Part shown: positions 41,037 through 50,697 of the stretch, in pieces
Layout of the letters: every line of letters begins with the position of its first letter
Numbering within the stretch: position 1 is the first letter of the stretch
Source of the DNA: Myxococcota bacterium
GTDB lineage: Bacteria > Myxococcota_A > UBA9160 > UBA4427
Length of the DNA stretch: 64,000 nucleotides
Reading direction: 5' to 3'
Assembly: GCA_965250285.1 (NCBI GenBank)
Contig: OZ252299.1
Span: 4,960,001 to 5,024,000, forward strand
Position numbers and translations under genes: made by a program
The notes under the pieces: model-generated
What the model saw: only the letters and a program-made list of their open reading frames with translations
Told to the model about the DNA's origin: nothing
Databases searched by the model: none

Positions 41037-41767
41037 CGGGGGGTCTCCTGCGCGGTGGCCGCCGACGTGGGCGGCGAGGCTTCGGCGCTGGCGGGGCCGG
41101 GGGTGTAGCACCCGCTCTCGTGCACCGCATGGCGAATCGGTTCGGGCAGCCAGGCGTCGGCGTCGTGCCCCTCGGCGAGCGCCGCCCTGAGCTCGGATGC
41201 CGAGACGTCGACCGGGGTGATGTCGATCAGGCGAATCCACGTGTGGCCGCGCACGTGCTTCGCAGACCGTCCATCGGCCGCGACCTCGAAGTCGGAGCGG
41301 GCGACCTCGGGGATCCACTCGCCGAGATGGCCTTCGAGCAGCGGCGGCCGGGTGCAGACGGCCCACGAGCAGGCCCCGAGCAGCTCACGCGGTGCTCGCC
41401 AGGCGCCCATGTCGCGGAACGCGTCCTGGCCGACGATGAAGACGAAGTCGTCGGAGCGTCCGCCGGTCCACTCGGCCAGCGTATCGACCAGCCACGAGGG
41501 GCCGTCGCGATCGATCTCGCAGCGGCTCGTCTCGAAGCGCGGCTCGTCGGCGATGGCGGCCTCGACCCAGGCGAGCCGGAGCTCGGCTGGGGCGATGCGA
41601 TCGGCCGCAGCGACGGCGCTCGTGTCCTTGTGGGGCGGGCTCGCGTTGGGGATGAAGACGACGCGGGCGAGGCCGAGCGCATCGGCGACGTCGCGCGCGG
41701 CCTGCAGATGCCCGATGTGGATCGGGTTGAAGGTACCGCCGAACAGACCCGTCATCTGCGCCGTCAT
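41033..41767 (-). CDS. nadD: nicotinate-nucleotide adenylyltransferase
   Basis: GGTFNPIHIGH, PPHK, FIVGQD, VSASELR. Confidence 0.94.
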   Translation of the reverse strand: MTAQMTGLFGGTFNPIHIGHLQAARDVADALGLARVVFIPNASPPHKDTSAVAAADRIAPAELRLAWVEAAIADEPRFETSRCEIDRDGPSWLVDTLAEWTGGRSDDFVFIVGQDAFRDMGAWRAPRELLGACSWAVCTRPPLLEGHLGEWIPEVARSDFEVAADGRSAKHVRGHTWIRLIDITPVDVSASELRAALAEGHDADAWLPEPIRHAVHESGCYTPGPASAEASPPTSAATAQETPR

Positions 41768-43020
41768 TCGCGGAGCTGACCGTCTCCGAGCAGCACGAAC
41801 TTCTTGGTCGTGAGCCCTTCGAGGCCCATCGGGCCATAGGCGTGGAGTCGCGACGTCGAGATGCCGATCTCGGCGCCGAGCCCGAGCTGGAACCCGTCGG
41901 CGAAGCCTGTCGAACAGTTCACGCCGACACATGACGACTGCACGCGTCGCAGCCACTCCTGGCTGTGGGCGTAGTCGTTCGTGATGATGATGTCGGTGTG
42001 GTCCGACCCGTGCGTGCGAATGTGATCGATCGCCTCGGTCATGTCGTCGACGACGCGGACGGCGAGGATCGGTGCGAGGTACTCGGCCGGCCAGTCTTCG
42101 TCGCTCGCCGGCTTCGCCTCGCTGAAGACCTCGCAGACCGTCTCGTCGCCGCGGATCTCGACGCCTTCTTCGTGTAGCGCCTTGAGCACGGTGGGCAGCT
42201 TCGTCTGTGCCGCATCGCGGTGGCAGAGCAGCGTCTCGAGCCCGTTGCAGACGGGCATCTGTCGAATCTTCGACTGACTGACGATGCGCGTCGCCATCTC
42301 GACGTCGGCGCTCGCGTCGATGTAGACGTGACACACGCCCGCGTCGTGGGCGACGACGGGGATCGTCGATTCGTTCATCACCTTCTCGATCAGGGCCGAC
42401 CCACCACGCGGGATCACCATGTCGATGAACTGCCGGGCCTTGAGGAGCACGTCGATGGCGGCTCGGTCGGTCGTGGGCAGCAGCGTGATCGCGTCGGCGG
42501 GCAGACCAACCTCGGCCGCCGCCTGACGCAGCACGCGCCCCAGTGCCTGGTTCGAGTGGAAGGCCTCGCTCCCGCCGCGCAGGATCACGCCGTTGCCCGC
42601 CTTGACACAGAGCGCCGCCGCATCGACCGTCACGTTCGGCCGCGCCTCGTAGATCATGCAGATCACGCCGAGCGGGATCGCCATGCGGCCCACACGCAGG
42701 CCGTTGGGGCGGACGTTGAAGTCGCTGATCGCGCCGACCGGATCCTGCAAGGCGGCAACGTCGTGCAGGCCCTGGATCATGTCGTTCCACTTGCCGTCGG
42801 AGAGGCCGAGGCGGTTCACCAGCGGCTCGGCGACGCCGTTCTCGCGCGCCGCCTGCATGTCGCGCTCGTTGGCAGCGCGGATCTCGTCGCGCGCCGCTTC
42901 GAGCAGCTCGGCCGAGCGCAGCAGCCAGGCGTCCTTGGTCGCGGTGGAGAGCGCACCGAGGGTCTCGGCGGCGCGTCGCGTCCGCTCGGCCAGGGAGAGA
43001 ATGTCGGTTTCGAAGCTCAT
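41764..43020 (-). CDS. proA: gamma-glutamyl phosphate reductase
   Basis: PLGVI, YEARPNVT, LRGGSEA, IPRGG, VCNGLET, FADG.QLGLGAEIGIST. Confidence 0.96.
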   Translation of the reverse strand: MSFETDILSLAERTRRAAETLGALSTATKDAWLLRSAELLEAARDEIRAANERDMQAARENGVAEPLVNRLGLSDGKWNDMIQGLHDVAALQDPVGAISDFNVRPNGLRVGRMAIPLGVICMIYEARPNVTVDAAALCVKAGNGVILRGGSEAFHSNQALGRVLRQAAAEVGLPADAITLLPTTDRAAIDVLLKARQFIDMVIPRGGSALIEKVMNESTIPVVAHDAGVCHVYIDASADVEMATRIVSQSKIRQMPVCNGLETLLCHRDAAQTKLPTVLKALHEEGVEIRGDETVCEVFSEAKPASDEDWPAEYLAPILAVRVVDDMTEAIDHIRTHGSDHTDIIITNDYAHSQEWLRRVQSSCVGVNCSTGFADGFQLGLGAEIGISTSRLHAYGPMGLEGLTTKKFVLLGDGQLRE

Positions 43021-43118
43021 GGTGGTTCCGGTCCGGGTGGATCGTGCGGGGATGGAGGGCGGTGTCCTTCGGGCCGCAGCGCGGTCCGTGGAGCGACCCG
43101 CTTCGGCCGCGACGGGTC

Positions 43119-44252
43119 TCAGGTGTCGAGCACCACGAGATCGTCGCGATGAATGATCGCGTCGCCGTTCGAGTAGCCTAGCACTGGCTCGATCTCGCGT
43201 GTGGAGCGCCCGGCGAGCCGGCCCGACTCGTCTGCATCGTACGCAGCGAGCCCGCGCGCGACTTCCTGGCCCTGCGGATCGAACAGCGCGACCACGTCGC
43301 CTCGTGCGAACTCGCCGGCGACGCGTGCAACGCCCGCGGGAAGCAGACTGCGCCCGTCTTCGCAGATCGCGCGCACTGCGCCGGCGTCGAGATGCAGTGC
43401 GCCGCGCGCCCTGGTCGTGAAGGCCAGCCAGTGCTTACGCGACGAGATGCGGTCGGTCGCGAGAAAGAGGGTGCCCAACGCTTCGCCGCCTGCCACACGC
43501 TCGAGCACGTTCGGCTCGCGTCCGTTGCAGAGCAGGGTGGCTGCGCCCGACCGCGCGGCCGCCTTCGCGGCTTCGAGCTTGGTGATCATCCCGCCGCGAC
43601 CGAACACGTTGCTCGAGCCCTGTGCACACTGTTCGACTTCGGGCGTGATCTTCTCGACGACGTCGAGCAGCGGCGGCGTGGGTTCGCCCGCAACCGGCGC
43701 CTCGCGGTACAGACCGTCGACGTCGGTGAGGATCACGAGCAGGTCGGCTCCGACCAGGTTCACGATGCTGGCCGACAGGTTGTCGTTGTCGCCGAAGCGG
43801 ATCTCGTCGGTGGCGACCGTGTCGTTCTCGTTCACGATCGGAACGACACCGCGCGCGAGCAGCTCGGTCAGCGTGTGGCGCGCATTGAGGAACCGCTCTC
43901 GATCCTCGAGGCCCGCCCGCGTCAGCAACAGCTGACCCACGTGCCGATCGTGTTCGGCGAAGCGCTGCTTGTAGGTTTCGACGAGCGCGATCTGGCCCAC
44001 GGCCGCGGCCGCCTGCTTCTCGGGGATCGAGCGTCCGAAGTGATCCCAGCCCAGCTGTCGCGAGCCCGCCGCGATCGCACCCGACGACACCAGGACCACC
44101 TGCCGCCCTTCGTCGCAGAGTGCGGAGAGCTGCCGCGCGATGTCGCCGAACGCCTCGTCTCGAATGGCCCCGTGGTCGGTCAGCGTGCTGCTGCCGACCT
44201 TCACGACGATGCGCTGCGCTTCCTTCTGAGCGCTTCGATGCGAACCGCTCAT
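43119..44252 (-). CDS. proB: glutamate 5-kinase (with PUA domain)
   Basis: VVKVGSS, VSSGAI, NENDTV, FGDNDNLS, GGMITK. Confidence 0.96.
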   Translation of the reverse strand: MSGSHRSAQKEAQRIVVKVGSSTLTDHGAIRDEAFGDIARQLSALCDEGRQVVLVSSGAIAAGSRQLGWDHFGRSIPEKQAAAAVGQIALVETYKQRFAEHDRHVGQLLLTRAGLEDRERFLNARHTLTELLARGVVPIVNENDTVATDEIRFGDNDNLSASIVNLVGADLLVILTDVDGLYREAPVAGEPTPPLLDVVEKITPEVEQCAQGSSNVFGRGGMITKLEAAKAAARSGAATLLCNGREPNVLERVAGGEALGTLFLATDRISSRKHWLAFTTRARGALHLDAGAVRAICEDGRSLLPAGVARVAGEFARGDVVALFDPQGQEVARGLAAYDADESGRLAGRSTREIEPVLGYSNGDAIIHRDDLVVLDT

Positions 44253-45343
44253 GTGGGCCTCACTTCGGCGCGTTCGGCGTCGCGTACCGTGTCGAGATCG
44301 TCTGCGCGCTGCGCTCGCGCCACGGCCTCGAAGATGCGACCCACCAGCGCATCGATGCCGTCGCCCGTCGCCGCCGAGATCACGAGCGCCTCGTGCCCGC
44401 GCTCGGTGAGCGAAGCCCGCGCGCGATCGATCGTCGCTGCATCGGCGACGTCGGTCTTCGAGAGCACGACGATCTCGGGTCGCTCGAGCAGCCGCGCGTC
44501 GTAGCGGCCGAGCTCTTGGCGCAGGGTGTCGTAGTCGTCGAGCAGATCGCGCCCTTCCATCGTCATCGCACCGAGATCGAGCAGATGAACGAGCACACGG
44601 GTGCGTTCGACGTGGCGCAGAAAGCGGTGGCCGAGACCGGCACCTTCGGCGGCGCCCTCGATCAGGCCAGGGATGTCCGCGATCACCAACCGGTCGTCGC
44701 CGCGCTCGACGACGCCGAGCGAAGGCGTGAGCGTGGTGAACGGATAGGCTGCGACCCGCGGTCGCGCTTCGCTCACGCGCCCGAGCAGGGTCGACTTGCC
44801 CGCGTTCGGAAAGCCCACGAGCCCGACGTCGGCCAGCAGCTTGAGCGACATGCGCAGCGAGAGGGTCTCGCCGGGCAGACCCGGCAGGGCGAAGTCGGGC
44901 GCCTGGCGCCGGCTGTTCTTGAAGTGGATGTTGCCGAGGCCGCCCTTCCCGCCCTTCGCCGCGACGAAGCGCTGGCCGTCCTCGGCGAGGTCGACGAGCG
45001 GCTCGTCGCCATCGCCGCCTGCTCGATCTTCGCTCGCGTCGTAGACGACGGTTCCGACGGGCAGGTGGATCACGAGATCGTCGCCGTTCGCGCCGGTCTT
45101 GCCCGACGATCCACCACCCTCGCCATTCTTCGCCGCCATCTTCTGGCGGTAGTGGAACTCGCTGAGCGTGTTGCGATTGCGATCGGCGACGAGCACGACA
45201 TCGCCGCCCTTGCCGCCATCGCCCCCGTTGGGGCCGCCCTTGGCAACGAACTTCTCGCGCCGAAACGAAGCCATCCCGTTGCCGCCATCGCCGGAGCGGA
45301 CGGTCAGACGAGCTTCGTCGACGAACGAGTGATCGCTTTTCAT
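44249..45343 (-). CDS. obgE: GTPase ObgE/CgtA
   Basis: FVDEA, GGDGGKGG, GFPNAGKS, YPFTT, DIPG, FLRHVER. Confidence 0.97.
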   Translation of the reverse strand: MKSDHSFVDEARLTVRSGDGGNGMASFRREKFVAKGGPNGGDGGKGGDVVLVADRNRNTLSEFHYRQKMAAKNGEGGGSSGKTGANGDDLVIHLPVGTVVYDASEDRAGGDGDEPLVDLAEDGQRFVAAKGGKGGLGNIHFKNSRRQAPDFALPGLPGETLSLRMSLKLLADVGLVGFPNAGKSTLLGRVSEARPRVAAYPFTTLTPSLGVVERGDDRLVIADIPGLIEGAAEGAGLGHRFLRHVERTRVLVHLLDLGAMTMEGRDLLDDYDTLRQELGRYDARLLERPEIVVLSKTDVADAATIDRARASLTERGHEALVISAATGDGIDALVGRIFEAVARAQRADDLDTVRDAERAEVRPT

Positions 45344-45530
45344 GTGCAGGCCGATGCGGTGGCGGTGGATGGCTTCCGACCGCGGCGCTCGTCGCTCTCC
45401 CCTGTGTCGGGCTCCGCAAGCGAAGCCCGCCTGTCAACAGGGGGGAGGATGAACCGGCATCGACCCGTGCGCGAACTCGAGCCGCGCGGCCCGATGCACC
45501 GGGCCATGCGCGACGAGGCCGCGGACCCGA

Positions 45531-45839
45531 CTAGCTCTCGACGGCCGCCGAAGTGCCCTTAGAAACGGCCGCCGAAGGGCCCTTAGAAAGAGACGGGTCG
45601 ATGTGCGCGAGCTTGCGACCGCGCGAGTCGCCGTACGACACGGTGCCATCGCAGAGCGCGAAGAGCGTGTAGTCCTTGCCGAGCCCGACGTTCTTGCCCG
45701 GATGGATCTTCGTACCGACCTGGCGGACGAGGATCGAACCGGCGGTGACCGTCTGGCCGCCGAAGACCTTCATGCCTCGGCGCTGACCGTTCGAGTCGCG
45801 ACCGTTGCGCGAGCTGCCCTGACCCTTCTTGTGCGACAT
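45531..45839 (-). CDS. rpmA: 50S ribosomal protein L27 (C-terminally extended)
   Basis: [33 protein letters not shown]. Confidence 0.97.
   Translation of the reverse strand: MSHKKGQGSSRNGRDSNGQRRGMKVFGGQTVTAGSILVRQVGTKIHPGKNVGLGKDYTLFALCDGTVSYGDSRGRKLAHIDPSLSKGPSAAVSKGTSAAVES
45541..45588. repeat. 24-bp tandem duplication in the rpmA 3' end
   Basis: ACGGCCGCCGAAG(T/G)GCCCTTAGAA twice. Confidence 0.85.
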
Positions 45840-45902
45840 GGCGTGCTTCCTTCAGCTCCGGGTCGGTTCGCCGACCCGGTGGTTTCGTGAACGACCCGAG
45901 CG

Positions 45903-46214
45903 CTAGCCCTGGATCGCGTCGATGCGGACCTCGGTGTAGGCCTGTCGGTGGCCCTGGGTCCGGCGGTAGCCCTTGCGGCGCTTCATCTTGAAGATTCGGA
46001 TCTTCGGGTGGCGCGCCTGAGCGGTGATCGTGCCCTGGACCTGAGCCCCTTCGACGAGCGGCTGGCCGATCTTGACCGAGTCGTCTTCGCCCACGAGCAG
46101 CACCTCGGGCAGGGTCACCTCGGCGCCGACGTCGCCCTCGATCTTCTCGATGCGAACGGCCTGGCCGGGCTCGACACGAACCTGCTTACCACCGGTGCGG
46201 ATAACGGCGTACAT
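45903..46214 (-). CDS. rplU: 50S ribosomal protein L21
   Basis: MYAVIRTGGKQ, KRRKGY...GHRQ. Confidence 0.98.
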   Translation of the reverse strand: MYAVIRTGGKQVRVEPGQAVRIEKIEGDVGAEVTLPEVLLVGEDDSVKIGQPLVEGAQVQGTITAQARHPKIRIFKMKRRKGYRRTQGHRQAYTEVRIDAIQG

Positions 46215-46217
46215 GGA

Positions 46218-48416
46218 TCAATCCTCTGGTTTTTCGGAACGCGGGATTATGGGCGATTCCGCTTTGGCGTCAAGCGGTTCGGGCGCTGCGGCGCGCAGCG
46301 GAACCCGCTCGGGAGCCCGGGGGGAGGCCGCGACGCGTGTTCCGCTCGAATCCACCTCATCCGCGGGCTCGGACCCGGTCTCGTCGGCCGCCGAAAGCAC
46401 CTGGAGCGGAGGCTCGACCTCGGGCTCGCTCCCCTCCACGGCGCCCGGCTCGCTGCTGTCGGGGGTGGTCTCGACCGGCTCGGGCTCGCTGCTGTCGGGG
46501 GGGGTCTCGACCGGCTCGGGCTCGCTTGCCTCGGCGGGTTCGGCCTCGCTGGGCGGACGGGTTTCGTCGGTGGCCTCGGTCGCGTCGGCCGCCGGCGCGC
46601 CGTCCAGAGCCTCGGCGACGGGTGCCGCCTCGGCGCCAGCGACCTGCTTCGCGGTCGCGTCCCCTTCGCTCTGGTCGGTCGTCTCCTGCGTCTCGTTCGT
46701 CTCGGTGGCCTCGGCTTCGTCGGTCGCGGCGCCCTTGCCCGCCCCGTTCCGGCCGCCGCGCTTGCGCGAGCGCCGGCCGTTCTTGCGCTCGCGGGCCTCG
46801 ACCTTCTTCGCCTCTTCTGCGGCGGCGACCTCCTTCGGATCGCGCAGCCAGTCGAGCGCGATCTCGACCGACGGACCGTCGTCGAGGGCCACGAGCTCGA
46901 ACTGCTCCTGATGGATACCGGGGCGCGAGATGATCTCGATCTCGCGACCGAGCTCGTCCGAGAGCGCCTTCACGGCCGATGCCAACGGTCCGCGCAGCTG
47001 GTCGGCCAGGCGCGGGCTCACCGCGATGCCGACGTGGCGCCCGCAGAAGCGAGGCAGGTCGGTGCGGATCTCGCGAAGCAGCTTGTAGCCGACCGTCTCG
47101 GCCGACAGGATGTAGCCGCGCCCCTCGCAGTGCGGGCACGGCTCGCAGAGTGTCTGCACGAGACTCTCGCGCGTGCGCTTGCGCGTCATCTCGACGAGCC
47201 CGAGCTCGCTGATCTTTAATATGTTCGTGCGGGCCTTGTCGGCACGAATTGCGTCCTGGAGCGCCCGGTACACCTTGTCGCGGTGCTCGGCCTTCTCCAT
47301 GTCGATCAGGTCGATGATGATCAGACCGCCGATGTTGCGGAAGCGCAGCTGATTCACGACCTCGCGCACGGCTTCGAGGTTGTTCTTGAAGACGGTCTCT
47401 TCGAGGTCGCTCTTGCCGACGAAGCGGCCGGTGTTCACGTCGATCGCCGTCAGCGCCTCGCTGTGATCGATCACGAGCGAACCGCCGCTCTTCAGCCAGA
47501 CCTTGCGTTCGAGGTTGGCGTGGATCTGCGACTCGAGGTCGAAGTGATCGAAGATCGGCTCGAAGCCCTCATAGAGCTCGATCTCGGGTCGGGGTTCGGC
47601 CATGAAGTCGTCGGCGAACGTCTTGATCTGTGCGTAGGCATCTTCGCCGTCGATCACGATGCGCTTGGTCTCGTGGTTGGCGAGGTCGCGAATGATGCGC
47701 AGCGAGATGTCGTGCTCTTCGTGCAGCACGCAGGGCGCCGGGTTCTCGGCGTTGCGCTGACGAATGCGCGTCCACACCGTTGTCAGGTACCGGATGTCGG
47801 CCTCGAGATCGGCCTCGCGCACGCCGTCGCCCGCCGTGCGGATGATGAAGCCGATGTCCTTGGGCTTCAGCTTGTCAACGATGTCCCTGAGCCGGCGGCG
47901 CTCCTTGTCGGATCCGATGCGGCGCGACACGCCGACCCGCTTCGACCAGGGCGTCAGCACCAGGTGCCGGCCGGGGATCGAGATGTTCGACGTGATGCGC
48001 GCGCCCTTGGTGCCGATCGGCTCCTTGGCGATCTGCACCACGATCTCCTGGCCCTCTCTCAGGACCGTCTCGATCGGCGGCGGAGCCGCGCGGCGGCCGC
48101 GGCCGCCCCGGCGCGGGCCCTTCGGAGCGCCCTTGCCGTTCTTCCCGGTCTTGCCGTTCTTCGCCTCGCCACCGTTCGAGGTGCCGGTGTTGTCGAAGTA
48201 GTCGCCGACGTAGAGGAAGGCGGCCTTTTCGAGGCCGATGTCGACGAAGGCGGCCTGCATGCCGGGGAGCACCCGGGTCACGCGCCCCTTCACGACGTTG
48301 CCCACCACGTTCTTGTCGGCTTCGCGCTCGATGTGCAGCTCGGTGAAGACCGAGCGCTCGAGCAGCGCCACGCGGGTTTCCCCGCCCTCGGCGTTGATCA
48401 CGATCTCGTTCTGCAT
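46218..48416 (-). CDS. rng: ribonuclease E/G family protein with acidic disordered tail
   Basis: LPGMQAAFVDIG, QIAKEPIGTKGAR, AIDVNTG, GGLIIID.IDM, EMTRKR, CPHC.G.G; about 200-aa E/P/A-rich tail. Confidence 0.93.
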   Translation of the reverse strand: MQNEIVINAEGGETRVALLERSVFTELHIEREADKNVVGNVVKGRVTRVLPGMQAAFVDIGLEKAAFLYVGDYFDNTGTSNGGEAKNGKTGKNGKGAPKGPRRGGRGRRAAPPPIETVLREGQEIVVQIAKEPIGTKGARITSNISIPGRHLVLTPWSKRVGVSRRIGSDKERRRLRDIVDKLKPKDIGFIIRTAGDGVREADLEADIRYLTTVWTRIRQRNAENPAPCVLHEEHDISLRIIRDLANHETKRIVIDGEDAYAQIKTFADDFMAEPRPEIELYEGFEPIFDHFDLESQIHANLERKVWLKSGGSLVIDHSEALTAIDVNTGRFVGKSDLEETVFKNNLEAVREVVNQLRFRNIGGLIIIDLIDMEKAEHRDKVYRALQDAIRADKARTNILKISELGLVEMTRKRTRESLVQTLCEPCPHCEGRGYILSAETVGYKLLREIRTDLPRFCGRHVGIAVSPRLADQLRGPLASAVKALSDELGREIEIISRPGIHQEQFELVALDDGPSVEIALDWLRDPKEVAAAEEAKKVEARERKNGRRSRKRGGRNGAGKGAATDEAEATETNETQETTDQSEGDATAKQVAGAEAAPVAEALDGAPAADATEATDETRPPSEAEPAEASEPEPVETPPDSSEPEPVETTPDSSEPGAVEGSEPEVEPPLQVLSAADETGSEPADEVDSSGTRVAASPRAPERVPLRAAAPEPLDAKAESPIIPRSEKPED
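46246..46273 (-). promoter_or_regulatory. sigma70 promoter for rplU inside the rng 3' end
   Basis: TTGACG-N16-CATAAT followed by GC-rich CCCGCG, about 30 nt before the rplU ATG. Confidence 0.7.
46447..46526. repeat. 36-bp in-frame tandem repeat, about 2.2 copies, in the rng tail
   Basis: Encodes (SEPEPVET(P/T)PDS) twice; contains a G8 run at 46497-46504. Confidence 0.8.
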
Positions 48417-49125
48417 GCGTCCCGCTTCGCAGAGCCGGGGTCGGCCGTGGTCGCGCGTCGTCCCGTTCGGGTTCGATCGCTGCGCACACGACCGCCTTGC
48501 GGCGTTGGCGAGCCGTTTCGAGGTGCCAGAGGGCGTCTATCCGCCGGGCCAGCCGGCGAATGCGGGGAGCTTCAGGTGATGGGGACGGGGGCGCGCTCGG
48601 CGCACCGCCGCTGAACGGAGACTCCTCTCAGTCTCCCGAAATCCAAAGAGAAATCACGTTCTCGATGACTCTGTTGGGCTGTGACTCGCATTCGTTCTCA
48701 ACCTACGGTCGGCCCTTCGATCCACGTCTGCGAGCCCCATGCGAACGATCCAGCTCCCCGCTGTCGTTCATCTCGCAGATCCCGTCCGATCAACCGCGTC
48801 CTGGTCGCATCACCTGCGACACCGGTGCCGTGGCGGAGTCCGCTCCGTGTCGCCCACAAGCGACGAGAGCGGCCTCTGCCGGGCGTGGACCCGGCGATGA
48901 CCCGTGGGACGCGTCGTCCCACATACTCGAGATGCCTGACCCGCGATCCCCGTTCGACTCGGTTTGGTTCCGAGTCGGAACGCCCGGTGCGGCTGCCAGC
49001 GGTGCGCGCAGATTGGCCTAGGATCGGCTTCGATCTTCGGCCGGGTTTCTGCCACCTTGGGCATTGTTCCGGACCGGCTGTGGGTCTGGACGGGCTCGAG
49101 TCGAGCCATCCGTCGGACGGAGACC

Positions 49126-50634
49126 TTGGGTCGGCCGTCCAATCCTGTCGAGACGATCGGCAATGGAGGACTCGCCGTCAACCGCGATCCCCGACGCGAC
49201 CTGCCCTCGGTCGACCGCCTCGCCGGGGCGGTCTGCACCGCGTTTCCCGAGATTCCGGCCTGGGCGGCCACCGAGGGCGCGCGCAGCGCCGTCGAAGGGG
49301 CCCGGGCCCGCCTGAGCGCCCTGCCCCAGGGGGCATCATTCGAGCTGCCGACCCACGACGCTTTGATCGACGAAGCCGCGTCTTCGGCTCGGCTGCTCTC
49401 ACGGCCGCATCCCCGCAGGGTCATCAACGCCACCGGGATCGTGCTCCACACGAACCTCGGTCGCGCGCCCATGGCCGAGGGCGCGGCGCAGGCCGCCGCG
49501 CTGGCGGCCGCCCGTCCGTCGAGCCTCGAGTTCGACGTCGAGACCGGGCGCCGCGGTCAGCGACTCGGTCCGCTCGACGCGAAGCTGTCGCGGCTGGCCG
49601 GCGCCGAGGCCGGCTTCGCCTGCAACAACGGGGCGGCGGCGGTTCTGCTCGGTCTCTCGAGCCTTGCGGCCGGTCGCGAGGTGGTCGTGTCGCGGGGCGA
49701 GCTGGTCGAGATCGGGGGCTCGTTTCGCGTGCCCGAGATCATGGAGAAGGCAGGCGTGCGGCTCGTCGAGGTCGGCTCGACCAATCGCACCCACCTGCGC
49801 GACTACGAGCGGGCCATCGGCCCCGATACGGCGCTGCTGCTCAAGGTGCATCGAAGCAACTTCGAACAGCGCGGTTTCGTGAAGGAAGTCGCTCTCTCCG
49901 AGCTCGTCGCACTCGGTCGCGCGCACGGCCTGCCGGTGATGGAAGACCTCGGCAGCGGCACGCTCTTCGATCTGACGCCCCACGGCTTTCCGCTCGAGAC
50001 GAGCGTCGCTGCGCGGGTCGCGACCGGCGTCGACGTCGTGTGCTTCTCGGGTGACAAGCTGATGGGCGGTCCCCAGGCGGGGCTGGCCCTCGGCCGACGC
50101 ACGGTGATCGACGCGATGCGCGCCGATCCCCTCGCGCGGGCCCTGCGCCTCGATGCGATGACGCTCGCGGCGCTCGACTGGACCCTCGACGCCATGCTCG
50201 AGGGCCGGGCCGAGCAGGCGCTGCCCGCCGTGGCGCAGCTGCTGGCCGCGCCCGATGCGCTCGACCGACGGGCGCGGGCACTCGCGGGCCGGGTCGGCGA
50301 CGCGCGCCCCGAAGTCTCGATCGAGGTGATCGATGACCGAGCGCCGGTGGGGGGCGGCAGCCTGCCGGGCTTCGAGCTCACCTCTCGCGTGCTCGAGGTG
50401 CGCGGCGGTCCCCCCGCCGACGAGCTGGCTCGCCGACTCCGCGCACGATCGACCCCGGTGGTGGCGCGGGTGCGCGACGACGCGCTGCGCGTCGATCTGC
50501 GAACGGTGTTCGAGGACGAGGTCGAGACCCTCATCGACGCGCTCGTCGACGCACTCGGGACACCCGCCTCGTCGCCACCCGAAAGCGACGCAATCGGGAC
50601 ACCCGCCGCGTCGCTTTCGGGCGGCGACGCGTGA
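49126..50634 (+). CDS. selA: L-seryl-tRNA(Sec) selenium transferase
   Basis: LPSVD, VINATG.VLHTNLGRAP, SRGELVEIGGSFR, KVHRSNF, EDLGSG, FSGDKL.GGPQAG. Start codon unclear. Confidence 0.93.
   Translation: MGRPSNPVETIGNGGLAVNRDPRRDLPSVDRLAGAVCTAFPEIPAWAATEGARSAVEGARARLSALPQGASFELPTHDALIDEAASSARLLSRPHPRRVINATGIVLHTNLGRAPMAEGAAQAAALAAARPSSLEFDVETGRRGQRLGPLDAKLSRLAGAEAGFACNNGAAAVLLGLSSLAAGREVVVSRGELVEIGGSFRVPEIMEKAGVRLVEVGSTNRTHLRDYERAIGPDTALLLKVHRSNFEQRGFVKEVALSELVALGRAHGLPVMEDLGSGTLFDLTPHGFPLETSVAARVATGVDVVCFSGDKLMGGPQAGLALGRRTVIDAMRADPLARALRLDAMTLAALDWTLDAMLEGRAEQALPAVAQLLAAPDALDRRARALAGRVGDARPEVSIEVIDDRAPVGGGSLPGFELTSRVLEVRGGPPADELARRLRARSTPVVARVRDDALRVDLRTVFEDEVETLIDALVDALGTPASSPPESDAIGTPAASLSGGDA
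50570..50629. repeat. 22-bp inverted repeat in the last codons of selA
   Basis: CGTCGCCACCCGAAAGCGACGC (50570-91) versus GCGTCGCTTTCGGGCGGCGACG (50608-29), one mismatch. Confidence 0.75.
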
Positions 50635-50697
50635 ATGCGCTGCCGTCCCGGGCGCGGCCGCGGTCGATGGATGAAGCGCCCGCGCATCGCCGACACT

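Noticed and set aside
48952..48981. GTTCGACTC near selA as the T-arm of tRNA-Sec
   Set aside because: It is one arm of a simple hairpin; no TCA anticodon arm or acceptor stem could be built.
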